Assembly (NCBI GenBank): GCA_030704615.1
Contig: CM060732.1
Span: 74,710,001-74,774,000 of the forward strand
Length of the DNA stretch: 64,000 nucleotides
Source: Takakia lepidozioides
Taxonomy: Eukaryota > Plantae > Bryophyta
Direction of reading: 5' to 3'
Shown here: piece by piece, positions 63,849 to 64,000 of the stretch
How positions within the stretch are numbered: position 1 is the stretch's first letter
Layout: each line of letters starts with the position of its first letter
Program-made: the position numbers and the translations under genes
Notes under the pieces: model-generated
What the model was told of the DNA's origin: nothing
The model's database searches: none
What the model saw: the letters and a program-made list of their open reading frames with translations, nothing else

Positions 63849-64000
63849 ATGGCTCGTAATGAGGAGAAGGCGCAGTCTATGCTCAGCAGGTTCTTGCAAG
63901 CCAAGAACGAGGAGAAGAAAAAGCCGAAGGAGAGGCGGCCCTTCTTGGCTTCGGAATGCCGGGATCTGGCAGACGCGGACAAATGGAGGCAGCAAATTAT
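63849..64000 (+). CDS. ISY1: Pre-mRNA splicing factor ISY1, 5' end (runs off window)
   Basis: MARNEEKAQSMLSRFLQAKNEEKKKPKERRPFLASECRDLADADKWRQQI, the conserved ISY1 N-terminus. Confidence 0.93.
   Translation, partial: MARNEEKAQSMLSRFLQAKNEEKKKPKERRPFLASECRDLADADKWRQQI

Overview
Eukaryotic nuclear DNA from a land plant, most likely a seed-free lineage (bryophyte, lycophyte or fern; inferred from gene content and the very homogeneous PLS-type PPR repeats). Intron-rich genes read by hand: an At1g32730-like zinc-finger gene (+), succinate-semialdehyde dehydrogenase (-), API5 (-), TONSOKU/BRU1 (+), a P-class PPR gene (-), a PLS-E-DYW PPR editing factor (-) and the start of ISY1 (+). A nested transposon island at about 41.4-57.2 kb holds a decayed piggyBac transposase, an RNase H-bearing LINE fragment, a TIR-bounded element, a Ty3/Gypsy retrotransposon, a Crypton/DUF3504-like fragment and a tRNA-derived SINE-like repeat. 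Two observations stand out. (1) The Gypsy pol region carries a DNMT3-like C5 cytosine methyltransferase between protease and RT. (2) The DYW-PPR ORF appears to be spliced in frame, across four phase-compatible introns, to upstream exons encoding three OSB-type PDF (ssDNA-binding) motifs, giving a PDF-PPR-DYW fusion. All family assignments are from motif recognition and have not been confirmed by database search.
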